From NCBI GenBank assembly GCA_965637545.1, contig OZ281501.1:310001-374000 (forward strand): DNA of 64,000 nucleotides, in the 5' to 3' direction. A program made the translations under genes and the position numbers. This document shows, piece after piece, positions 1 through 11,897 of this stretch. The DNA is from Phallusia mammillata (Eukaryota). Within the stretch, counting starts at the first letter, position 1; each line of letters begins with the position of its first letter. Under the pieces are notes generated by a model, which made no database searches, was not told the origin of the DNA, and worked only from the letters and a program-made list of their open reading frames with translations.

Positions 1-3000
1 TGCCAAGATTTTTCGTTGGGAACGTAAGTTGTCTGCTCCATTGCTCCACCTGGTGTTGAAAGTTAGATCAACTTTTTAAAGTCGTAATTCAATAGTTGCA
101 AAAAATTTTCCAAAACTTTTCACACAAAAACAAGTGCTAATTTGAAGCAGATTATACAGAAAATTTGTGAAATAATATTTTATCGGTATTTCACCTTCTT
201 TTTTAATGGCGAGTTTTTGTAGACAGTTCACGAGAATCTCGGTGTTATGTTGAAGTTTTGTTCCCGAATGTGATTCGTGGCATTGTGGGATATGGTCGTG
301 CAAACTGCTGTACGTGCATTCCTTACTAGTGAGAAGGACAACTGCCTCCGATTCAATTATTTCCTCTGCTTGCAAACCTGACCACAAACATCATATGCTA
401 ACATGGAAATCATATCTGACAATTGCGTGTCATGATTTTCTACATAAACATCATGCTTGAAAACCAAGCATTTTTTACTTTAAAGTAAATAAATATATCT
501 GTGTATGGTAGATTTTGTTTGTTATGTTACAATATGATTGGTATTAAAACTGTTGTTTCAACATAATGTAATGTTTTTTTCAAATGCATTAAGTAAGTTA
601 CCAAGTAATCTGAGATTTAACCAAATTAAAAACTTTGTCAAAATATTAAAAAACAAAAGCGCAGGAACACATAACTTTTCACTTTTTTGCAGACCTTACT
701 TATGGCATATTTTCAATACAACAATGGATCATTTCTGTCTAAACCAACTTACCAACATTAGTTTTAATCCCTAGCAGAGATACAAGCAGAAGAAACGCTG
801 ACTCAAGCATTTTTGGCCGACGATCACTATCTGGCGCACCGGGTGGCGCCATTGATTCATCAATTTCGTTTAGAATTGTCAAACAGTTTGTGACACGACA
901 TCGCTCGAATATGTTGGTGATGAAAACATCCGGAGAAACCAGAAGTGCACAAAACTAAATACATGAAAATGTTGTAAGTGTTGTCGAAAAATTATGTCGA
1001 CTTGCAACATCTCTATGCAGTGGTGGGATTCAGCCGGTTCGCACCGGTTCTATATAACTATCTCATGAAATTTTATGAGATCAGCGAACCGGTTAGCATT
1101 ACTGGTTACTGCCAATGGACTTTTTGTAACAGAACAGACTGAAAAATATGACTTTTGTAATAGAACCGGCTGACAAAAAATTGAATCCCACCACTGTCTC
1201 TATGCATCAAACAAATGATTTGTCAATTTGTCACACTTAAGGGTTTGTATTTGTTTAGTTATTGTGTGAGCAATAACATAACTTTCTTTTACTATAAAAT
1301 TACACCACACTTTAACCAGCAAAAGTGCAAATCGTCAGTGTGTAAAAAAGATTTGTGCAATCAAACATTATAGGGAGGCTTTTGGTCATATTCAGTTAAG
1401 CAGTGCATAAAATTTATTGGGTCAGAGGGAAAATAAGTGGAAATCGAAATAAGTAACCAATCTGCGAAACAGGAACAAGTAACTAACCTGTAGCAAATAA
1501 ATATCAGCATCGATGAGAAATGTGCAGAAGAAATATTGTTTGTATGCGAGAGACTGAGTTGAAATAACCGCCCCGTTTCTAATCCACATTCCACACTGGA
1601 CTTCATACATCGCAACTAGAACCTTAAAAGAAGTGAAAGATTTTCAAAACATCACACAAATACACGGAAATGATTATGCTGGGAACACACTTAATTGACA
1701 GACTGTCTCAAATGTAGTTTTTCAACTTACATGTAGTGGATGCTGCATAATCTTCAATGCATCATTTTCACTCAACTTCAACTTGATGTCTTCAATTTCC
1801 ACTCCTGCAACATTTTTCACATTTACATCAATAAAATTCTCTTCCACAAAACTTACATACAAGGGAAAATGTCAATCACGATTTACTTTCAATAACAGCA
1901 GATAGTGTTTAGGGCAAGATAATGACATTGGTAGCAGTGCAATGAGCTCTAATGCAAAGAAATAATAACAGTCAACTGTTTAACACACAACACAACAAAT
2001 AATGTTAAACACCTAATATAGATATACACACCATCTGTATTTAGGTCCCACACGAAATGTCAAGCGTTTTAGTTTTGACAATGAATAGAATATTTGACTG
2101 TTGATTTTGAAGGAGACTTTACAATTAAGGCTGGCCATGACAGATCATGCACAATGCAGAGTTGATGAAACTTTCACAATCTTACCTTGGTGTACGAGAG
2201 CATTGCTGATAAACAGAGCAAGATATCTATGTAGTGGATAATGGAAACTCAGTTGGTCGAAGGGTAGATCAGTCTCAAACCCGAGAGCATCAAAGAAATC
2301 AGTGAGTCCGACCAACAAAGTCTGGCACATGCTCAGTGTGAGATGGGCAGTGGAGCCATCCTGGTTGAAAACAACTGGTTTGGGCCGAAACAACGAAATC
2401 ACATAAACCAGCAAACAAACTGGGTAAGATTGTGAACAACAATGACTTTTACACTGGAATATTATTTTTGCTGAGAAGAAACTTGCCATTAAAAGTGACA
2501 TATTAAAGTAGATATAAACCTAACCTTTACCAACTGACAATTGAACAAAACACAACCAATACAAAATTGTTTATAGCAATGAGCTTTACCTGCAAAACAT
2601 CGAGGAAACACCATAGAGGTGAAGCACAGGCTTCCCGCTCGGTGTAAAAAGCAAGAAGTGTGCTGTTTGATTCAAACTCAATGTGGCTTTGCATCTCACG
2701 TTTCATCAAATCCATTCCACTAAAACCCAGCATAAGTTGAATCCAGCAACTGAAATATACAAACAGCTAGATGGAGAGCAAAGAGATATTTCGATACAAC
2801 ACAACACAAAGCCTTTTAATCACTTTATTTTACCTACCAGAAAACCAACATTTGCACAAGACAAATGTCTAATTTTCAACTTGCTACAAATAGTTGGATA
2901 AAAATTTGTCAGACATTTATGTCATAGTACGCCATGCCTATTATAGGCGCCATACCGAATCAGCTGGTCTCCCAAGCATTCACATATGGCAAGGCATAGG

Positions 3001-6000
3001 GTAGAAAAACCCAGTCTACAGTGGGATTCGAACCCACGACAGGGGTCTTTCCGGGACATGCGCTCTACCAACTGAGCTACACAGGACTCAGTGGAGAAGC
3101 CTCCGAAAGTCGAATCACAAGCACCGTTACCTGCCTTGCATGCTGCACATGTCAGCTTCGTAGTAGGGGATAGGTCTTTAATAGGTCAGTCAATTATGTT
3201 CAGACCTAATAAGTGCTTTTTAGAATAAACAAGAAAAACAACTCATTTTGTTTGTTTTAAATCATACTTGAGTAAATCAGGATTCGATAGAAATTTGATG
3301 ACACATTTTTTGTGACTCAGAACATTAATGAAGTCACTGAATATCGGCCAGTAAGCATTGTTTCGAACTTCGTTGCTTTGTGTCATCACACACTGATGAA
3401 AGTCACTTTCCCCGGTTGTAGACGGCTCAAGAATCGGGAAAATTATGTTGTGGGCTGCGATCATGAAAATCTATAACACAAAAAGATGTCAACTTCTCAC
3501 AAACATTTTTTTTAGCAACACAACATTTTTGTGTGTTATTTAGATGGAGCTTTTTCGGATATTAAGGCTATTTTTCATGCACACCATCAATCTTTGCATG
3601 TTAAGCTTAAGGATTTACATTTGAGAACCAAAATATGATACTTACCTGCAGTAGGTGAGCATCATTTGTGAGCGTGAGAGCGATTTCATCATTACTAAAC
3701 AACTGAACAGATATGTGAACAACTCTGCAAAAAAATACACTTTAAACAATAACCTAAACATAATATCTGCGCTAATCAGCCATTTCCCTCGGTAATGTCT
3801 TGCTGCTACCTAAAAACAAACCATCAACAATGATAAAAAAAAACATCTTCTTAAAGTTAAACCAATAGAGAGTCTTTTTTTGTAAAAGTAATTGTGTAAT
3901 TTTATGGAGTGGGTAACATAAAAGCCTCAATTGAATGAAGGTTTATCTTAAGTAATTAAAAAAATAGAATTGTTGTTTGTTTTCAATTTACATGACCAAC
4001 ATAATCTGTGGCAGACAGATTAATTAAAAGCACAATGTTCCAACTTGTAAATGACACAAAACTATCACAAAACCAAAAGTTTGACAAAAAACCTGTTTGA
4101 AAGTTGTGAGACATCCACAGAGTTTGTGAGGGAAGAAGCAATTCTTGAGTAATGTTGAGTAAATGAGCGAGCAAACTCACACTTAAATTTGAGGTCGGGA
4201 AGGAGATTGAGCAAAATCAAAATAAGAGGCTCAGGAAACTCGTATCTGAAAACAAGGTAAAGTTGCCGATGAATAATAACTGAACAAATAGCCTTACATA
4301 TAGGAAGTAGTGGGCATTTACATTTAACACAAAGCACAATAATCAAGCTTGTTGTGCTTGCTCATTCTATTCAAATCGTGACTCATACACTGCTGTGTCA
4401 TGACAAAACAAAAGTCTTAAGGTAATTAGATAATTAAGTGTGTAATACCAATCCATTTTAAACACTGTTTACCCATTTTACACAAATCAGCATCACTACA
4501 TACACATGAGGTGTATGTGTTTTTGCTGTTATTACCTCACAATCCAGTATGTCAATTCATCGAGGTATCTTCTGTATTGTAAAGGTCGATCAAAATATTC
4601 TCGATTCCGAATTTCCTCAGGAATTAAAGGTTTTCTCAGAGTCTTGAAAATATAGAAATTTTATTGCAATATTCAAAACAAAACTTCCAAGTTGATATTT
4701 ACCTGTACAGACTTGCTAAATTCCCTAACACTAATTGCATGCAGCTTGCAGATATGATTGGAATTGTCTTCTACACATTTGTAGCCGCGACAGTTAAGCA
4801 GCGACACATAGAGAGGTTCGTTGAGCAGAAGATTACAGAGATGACTTCGAATCACAGAACCTGACATTCAAATATGTTTGTAACAAAACAAGTGCAATGT
4901 TCAACTTAAGGACTGATAATAGTTATTTGCACAAATATTAAAAAAGCATGTTGTTTATTAATGTACCCACAGCAACACTTGGTGTGGCTTAAGTATCAAA
5001 CCAAATAGTTAACACTGTAATAGAAGGATTCACTTTCTAACACAAGTTGAAAAACAGAAATCCTACCAAGTTTGATGAGTTCCAACATAAAAGTAAAAAG
5101 ATGTTTAAGATTTCCTGGAAAATTAACTTGAAATGTTTCTGGGGACAAAACATTGGCTGACAAACTCCGCAAAACATGGCATAGAAATAAAACCATTCGA
5201 TCAAGCAGAACCTAAAAAACATGTAAGTGCATCAGTGGAAAAGCAAGTTAGCAGAATAGTTTTGAGTTTTGCATGTAAAAAGTCATATAGCCAGCTGCAG
5301 TTTATTGCAATAGCACAGTTATATTTTACCTTTGCCACATTAAGATAACCAGTTGGTAAAGGTTTTGGTGAAATTCTGTTGGGTCCGTGATGTGAACAGA
5401 ACCCTGACTTGTGCATTACACTTGCATCTCCGCAATCACAAGCACCACCAGCCTCACTACGAAAGATGTTGTAATCATGTCCTTTGTGGTTGCCACGTTC
5501 AAAACAAGCTGCATAAATTATGTGCATTTAGGTTATATTTACTGGGCATGTTTTGGAGCATGGGCAGGAACCAATACCTGAGTTTCAAACCCAAACTGTA
5601 TTTATGAAGATAGGAAAAGATTTAAAAGTATTTGAATCCCAACACCAATCCACCCAACAAACAAGTTTTTACCTGCACACAAAGACATACAAGGTGATGT
5701 AGCACATGTTCTGCATCGGTAAGCAACAAAGTCTGCCGTCCAAACACATCCACACAACGGCGACGAATCAACATTTGTAAGTTTTGCTGAAAATTCCTGG
5801 TAATTTCCGTTACTATAGCAGGCAAAGAGGATTTGCAACCATTCAACAGCAGTCTCTCTAAATTAAAAAGGTATGTCACGAAATTATGAAATGTATCTTT
5901 TGTGTAAAGCATAGGATTTATACAAGGTTTTCAAGCTTAAGGTATGAGTTTATCCCATTTGTCTAGTAGGTCTAATTGTTTAGATAAGACAATTCAAACC

Positions 6001-6142
6001 TGTTAGCACCGGAGTCCTCTGGATTCAACAACTCATCGCAAATCGCATGAACATGTTCGATTGCGGCTCCAGGATCTTGTTCAAAACACTTTCTCAGATA
6101 AACGCAGGCATTTAATTTGGTCCCCGACAAAAGGTGAGCCAT
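1..6142 (-). CDS. UBR3: E3 ubiquitin ligase UBR3, multi-exon, 5' portion only (continues beyond window start)
   Basis: Start MAHLLSGTK at 6142 with an in-frame stop just upstream. UBR-box is split over two exons: CGCVWTADFVAYRCRTCATSPCMSLCA (5670-5850) and CFERGNHKGHDYNIFRSEAGGACDCGD (~5350-5510). Later exons give NNAYWPIFSDFINVLSH, LSFHYPLHRYLALF and MWIRNG...IDADIYLLQ, matching recalled UBR3 motifs. Confidence 0.96.
1018..1196. mobile_element. hAT-type MITE, 179 bp, in UBR3 intron
   Basis: TIR CAGTGGTGGGATTCA...TGAATCCCACCACTG with perfect 8-bp TSD TCTCTATG (1010-1017 and 1197-1204). Second copy at 42477-42658. Confidence 0.93.
2925..3087 (-). mobile_element. tRNA-derived SINE relic in UBR3 intron
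   Basis: Minus strand 3013-3087 has A box TAGCTCAGTTGGTAGAGC and B box GGTTCGAATCC, but acceptor and anticodon stems are defective. The adjacent body (tgccttgccatatg...gctgattcggtatggcgcc) recurs at ~28600-28690. Confidence 0.75.
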
Positions 6143-7006
6143 TCTCTAGTAGTAACACTCGCTAATTCATTCATACGTCGACGATTTAATCTATTTAACT
6201 TGCGTCAACGAGGGCATAAGGAACTTCTCGAAGAAGTTGTTTGTTTATCGGCAACAGCTGATGATTTTCATCCAATGAGCGAAACTTCGTCAGTAATGAA
6301 TTTTATTAACTGATTTTTGTGCTTACTTGTACACAAAAAAGGTTTCCAGACAATAAATCGAATTTCTTGTTCAGTTACACATTTTAAAAACATATTTTAA
6401 GCTTTGTCCACCATGTTTTTTTATCAAACATCGACAAATGCTACGCTTTCACTAGGTGACCCGCAACTCTAATATTTGTCAAACTCTGTTGCATATCTGT
6501 TAAATATGTCTTAAGCAAATAATAGGAGAAACCGATCACCTATATTGAAGATTAGACTTACGTCGAGATAGAAAACCTTTCACTTGTCGCTACAGCGAAG
6601 TCGCTGCTCATCTGATTGTTTGGGAATTTGTTTGCGTGTAGCCGTGTATGTGTTTCGTTAAAAGTTAAAACACTTCGATCCTTTGTTGGTGGATGGGGTC
6701 ATTTTGTTTTAGGTTATTGTTTGAATTTCGGTAACAAACTTTAGCAGGTACAGCTACGTTTTTCCAATATTTAAAATAATCACAATTTTTTGCCTCATAA
6801 AATTTGTTTTTGTCTGTGAACAAGGCAACTTGTAACAATAATTACTTACGCATTAGGTAAAAGCGTTTTAATGCTAAACAACTTTGGTATTGTTTTGTTG
6901 TTAATCTGTAAAAGCCATTTTGTTTCATTTTCCAGCAATTTACAATTTGTTTAGCAATTAACCAATAAATAAACTTGTTTGAGTTTTGGCATGACATGCA
7001 TAAAAA

Positions 7007-9433
7007 TTGAAAATGGCTGAAGTTTTAGAACAAGGAGAAGCCAATCTCCCAAGTTGCAATGGTGAAGTAACTAAAGACTCAAAACAAATATCTGAAGAAG
7101 TGGAGGTAGTAAATGGACAAGATTGTGAAAATGACAACAGTGAAAATTTAAGTGATTGTTCTGTTTCTTCAATTGAAAATGAGGAAACTTCACCACACAA
7201 CAGTTTAAATGGAGAAATAACTGATGAATATGAACAAGATGGTAATGATGTTTCAAATTCACAACAAAATGGTTTGCAAGATGATGCTGGGGAGCAGATT
7301 GACAATATGGTGACAATTACTTTGTCTGAAGGTCAAAAACTGATGGACGCGAATGAGCTCGCTGAAACAAAGTCAAAAATTGAATCAAAGTTATCTTTGT
7401 TGTCAAATCACTTGAGAGAAGAACAGCAACATGAAGATTGTGAAAACCAGGCAGGTTTAATTGGCGACCTCAACGACAGAATTTTAACCTTGGAAAAATT
7501 AAAAGAGAAATTGGAAACTGAAAATCAGGATTTAAGTCGAAATTTGAAGCAAAGCATTGAAAAGTTGGGTCAACATGATGTTGCTGCTAAAAGGACGATT
7601 TCCCATCTGCAGCAAGACCATGACAGCAAACATAAGGAAATGATGAAGAGATGTGCCGCTCTGGAAAGTGACAAGCAAGCAGCGGTGATGAATTATGCTC
7701 GGAGGGAAAAGGAATTACTTGATCTACGGCAGAAGAAGGAGGCAGCTGAGCAGTTTGCCAGAAACGCTGCCAGGGAACGAGAAAAAGCAACTGCTCAACT
7801 TAAATCAATTAAAGCAGATTACAACAAACTCAAAAACAATCTTGAAAAAAAAGAATCTGAATGTAATGGTTCAAAACAGGAGATTGAAAAACTGAAGGAA
7901 GAGGTGAATTCACAAATAATCAAAGCGCGATGGGCCCAGAACAAACTTAAAACTGAGGTTGACAACCACAAGGAGACAAAGGAGAAATGTGACAAGATGG
8001 TGATGGAAATTCAACAAGCAAAAGAAGAGACTGAACAAATCAGAAGAAATTGCCAAGAAATGATCAAAACATACCAAGAATCTGAGGAAATAAAATCTAA
8101 CGCTCTTGATATTGAATTGAAGGAGAAATTGCAGCTGTTAGATGAAAGAGAATCACAAACTGAAGACTTGCAGGATTTGCTAAAACAAAAAAATGAGGAA
8201 TTGAACCTGTTAAAAATTAAACACAAAGACGTGTTTGAAGAAAATAATGTCTTAAAGTCTAAAGTTGAGTGTTTTGAGGAAGAGCGTCTAAAAAATGAAC
8301 ATGTACTCAGGGGTTATGAAGAGGTAATGAACAAACAAAAACTTACCGCCTCAGAAATGAATGAAAAGATTGAAAGCATGGAACAGTTACAAAATGACCT
8401 TGAACAATCTGAAGTCAAGGTCAAACAACTGTCAGAAGATCTAAATGAGGCTGTTATCAAACGTGATTCAGCAATTGATGATTTAAATCGTAAAGAACAA
8501 AGAGAGCAAGAACTGCTGGAATACACAAGGAAAGTTAGTTCCAAGAACACAGAGCTCACAGTGCAGGTTGAGGAGCTCAGTGGGACTTTAAAACAAAATG
8601 AAACTGAACTGGATTCTTTGCAGAAAGAAATCAAACAACTGCGGGATGGTATTGTGGTCCTTACCTCATCAGAACAAAGTGCACAGAAGGAAAGTTCCAA
8701 GTATAAGTTTGAAATGGGGACTCGCCTTGAGGAAAAAGAGAAGACAGTTTGTGAGTTGCTACTTCAGATGGAAGACCTCAAGGATGAGTTGAGGACACAA
8801 AAGCGAAAAAATGCTGCATCTGTTAAAGATCTTACCCGGCAGTTAAATCAAGCAAAGCGACGAATGGACACAAATGATGCGGTGTCAACTTCATCTGGAA
8901 GAAACAGCAACCAGCACAGCGCTGATGGTGGGAGTTTGGGAAGCAGAACAAGCTCAACAACGTCACTCGATAAAATCTGCTCTTCCACGTCACCTGACAT
9001 GCATTGCACCAATCAGAATCATTCATACGAACCAGATGCCATCCCTGAAACAACAGTGACAGGCTCTCCTTCGTTAGACAGACAAATGCTTATCGAACGT
9101 ATTGTACGACTGCAACAAATCCATGCAAAGAAAAATGAAAAGATAGATTTTCTCACTGAACACGTTCAACAGTTGGTGCATGAAATGCAGCGTAAACAAC
9201 GCCTCATCCAACATTACATAATGCGTGAAGAAGTAGGGTCACTTGCTCCACAAAAATCCAATGACCCTCATCGACAGAAAACTGGCCTGACCCTAGAACT
9301 GTCGATGGAAATTAACCAAAAAATGCAGTCCGTGTTAGAAGACACGCTGCTAAAAAATATAACACTCAAAGAAAGTCTTGAGACACTTGGTAAAGAGGTT
9401 CAGAGGCTTTGCTCCCAACCTAATGGCTCATAG
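7007..9433 (+). CDS. CCDC186: Coiled-coil protein CCDC186 homolog, 808 aa, single coding exon
   Basis: Uninterrupted ORF with long heptad region. Motifs AAVMNYARREKE, IIKARWAQNKLK, IERIVRLQQIHAKKNEKIDFL and LTLELSMEINQKMQSVLEDTLLKNITLKE match recalled CCDC186. Confidence 0.9.
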   Translation: MKMAEVLEQGEANLPSCNGEVTKDSKQISEEVEVVNGQDCENDNSENLSDCSVSSIENEETSPHNSLNGEITDEYEQDGNDVSNSQQNGLQDDAGEQIDNMVTITLSEGQKLMDANELAETKSKIESKLSLLSNHLREEQQHEDCENQAGLIGDLNDRILTLEKLKEKLETENQDLSRNLKQSIEKLGQHDVAAKRTISHLQQDHDSKHKEMMKRCAALESDKQAAVMNYARREKELLDLRQKKEAAEQFARNAAREREKATAQLKSIKADYNKLKNNLEKKESECNGSKQEIEKLKEEVNSQIIKARWAQNKLKTEVDNHKETKEKCDKMVMEIQQAKEETEQIRRNCQEMIKTYQESEEIKSNALDIELKEKLQLLDERESQTEDLQDLLKQKNEELNLLKIKHKDVFEENNVLKSKVECFEEERLKNEHVLRGYEEVMNKQKLTASEMNEKIESMEQLQNDLEQSEVKVKQLSEDLNEAVIKRDSAIDDLNRKEQREQELLEYTRKVSSKNTELTVQVEELSGTLKQNETELDSLQKEIKQLRDGIVVLTSSEQSAQKESSKYKFEMGTRLEEKEKTVCELLLQMEDLKDELRTQKRKNAASVKDLTRQLNQAKRRMDTNDAVSTSSGRNSNQHSADGGSLGSRTSSTTSLDKICSSTSPDMHCTNQNHSYEPDAIPETTVTGSPSLDRQMLIERIVRLQQIHAKKNEKIDFLTEHVQQLVHEMQRKQRLIQHYIMREEVGSLAPQKSNDPHRQKTGLTLELSMEINQKMQSVLEDTLLKNITLKESLETLGKEVQRLCSQPNGS

Positions 9434-11897
9434 AAATTTTATACTTACAAATATAACAGATTTATGTTTTTGTCTCTGTATGTTGTATTTATATTTTCTT
9501 GTTTTAATTACCATATTTTTGTTCTTTCTTCACATTCCGATGTACAAACGAGAAAGTTGTCCCTATGTTTGTTTTATATTCGCAATCATTTTGTTTGCAC
9601 AAACTGTTACTATTCTGCTAACCAACAAAAACACTTTAGTGGTTTGTTACTCATTGTGCTGTCGTAGTTACTGGTTTGTCCCAAATTCTTTGAAAACTCT
9701 TTTAAATTCTTTTTTTTCTATGCAGGCAAAACTATGTGGTTTGGTTAAATTTGGTGCTGTAGTAATTACATCTTGTTCCTTCCATGAATTTGCAAATTTC
9801 AACCTATTAAAACAAGCATACTTATCTAAAGCGCATTTGAAAGAAATCTTTGCTGGATTTTGTGCTAAAGCATTTCAACCTCAGTGTATCAAGGGTGCAT
9901 TGACATTAATCATGGCCCAATACCAACCTACACCTCTTCAAACGCCATTGTGATGTGTTGCCATGCACACATGTATTGTGTGTGTGTTTTAAATTGTGGT
10001 CCGCGCTATTAATATCCTGAACAACTTGCCACACAACCATACGGTGTATGTCGTGCTATTAATATCACAAACGTTTCTTGGATAAAAGCCTGGCAAAAGT
10101 TTAAACAACGTCTCAAAGGTTACATATATTTTTACGTCAAGTGTGTGTAATTGTTACGTAACAGACCCATATTTTGTTTCATGTATTTTGTATGACAACA
10201 TTTACCCAAAACTGTTTTTCAACCATTCGTGGCGTTCTTGCCTCACAGGTTAAGTCGTGAAATACGTCATGATAGCGATTGTGAAGCGTGAAGTGATTTT
10301 ACCACGTGGTTAATAGCCGGTAATTGTATATTTCGCTGAGTTTGTGGTAAGCGGAAATTACAAAGTGACGTTGTTATGTTTTTCGCATATTTTCCACTGG
10401 TGTAAATATTCTGTGAGAGTTGAAAAAAGTTACCAAAGATTTTTTACACCTAAACCTTGTCCTAGTTTCCGTGTTGTGTCGACTTTTGTGTAGGTACCAA
10501 TATATTGCCAAACTACTTGACCGCGAGACTTGTTTCGACGTCGGATAAAACTTTACGTTGCCCTGGCAACTGTGAATGTCACCGTTTGTTTCGCTTTTGG
10601 TGCTTTTCTCTTCTGCACTTGTACGCAGAGTAGCGTAGTAGACGATTTGTGCAATGTAATACAAGTATTAAACCGAGGAACAAAGATAACAAGTATAAAA
10701 AGTTTTTCTTCAGGCAACAAAGAAGTGCAATGACTTTGTAGCCTACATGCCCTAACCGGCTCAGACGCAGTTGCTGATTACCAGTTTTGTTTGTGTTTTA
10801 CACCGAACAGCCACTTAAAGCAAAGCATGGTGTGAATGAAATAATTTCCTAATCACTGCTCCATTTGTGATGCTGCTAACACGACTTGTAGAGTTGCATC
10901 GGATAATGGCAAACAAGATAACCCAGTTAAAAACGGCCAATAACATATTGTAATCACGTAACACTAAAACATGAATCCTAAACAGGGATGGGCTCTTGTC
11001 AGTTAAAATACAAACATTACTGACTGACGTTAACCCATGTTGTCACACCCAGTCGCGTCGACCTTCGCGCCCCTCGCTTCTCCAGTGAGATCTCTAACTT
11101 CTCTTTCACGTGTGATTTGTAAACGTAGTCTTAAGGGCGCGGCTGCGGCGCATGTATTTGTTCGCTACTGAACCACTAAGTTCGTTGTGTCGCAGTGACT
11201 AGTAGTTTTTTTTGATTAAACTTCGAACAAAACGACTAAAACTATTCGATGTTGGAATTGTTTGCTGTTGTAGATGTAATTATCAACCCCACTTTGTAAA
11301 AGTTTACAAAAACAACTAAATACTAAACGTTGTGATATTGATAACATACCTTTAATTACTTAATTTGTGACGGATTCCAAACAACAGCTGTTCAAAATTC
11401 TTGGTTACAGTTTCGGGAAATTTCACAAAAACCCTGGAAATCCCCGAAGCGTAACGTCATCATGTCATCAAAAAAACTTCGGATGAGAGAAACGCCTGAC
11501 TTGTAATAAACACTTTATACTTCAACACAAATTATGTCAAGGTAACGGAAAATCCACATAACTGAACTCAAGATAATAAGTGTGTGTAAAAAAATAGTTT
11601 TAAGTACAAGAAATTGGCAGAAATTGTGTCCACTTTGCGTTCGCTCAATCGCTCATTGGATATTGAAGGTAGTGACGTAGTGCCGCTTTCCAGTTTGTTT
11701 CATTTTCTTCGCTTTTGCAGATTTCAATTTGTTTACGTTTTGCATGGAATGCTTCTAAGTTGCTTGGTAACATATAGCTAAAGTTTCAACGAAAAGTCAT
11801 GCCTTAACATTCGTTTCATACTCACTGAATTTTGGACTTACAAAAACACGATTTTTAAGGTTTAGAACCGCATTTATTCTGTACAAATTTGAGAGAG

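Noticed and set aside
3013-3087. Functional tRNA gene
   Set aside because: The acceptor stem has mismatches and several G-U pairs, the anticodon stem is only ~3 bp and U33 is absent. It is attached to a repeated body, so it was called a SINE head.
9378-9953. 191-aa + strand ORF
   Set aside because: It overlaps the CCDC186 end in another frame, has F/L/C-rich composition typical of T-rich UTR, and shows no recognisable motif.
10250-10990. Decayed GPCR pseudogene (minus strand)
   Set aside because: A few TM-like phrases exist, but the span is too short for 7TM and no DRY or NPxxY motif could be traced.
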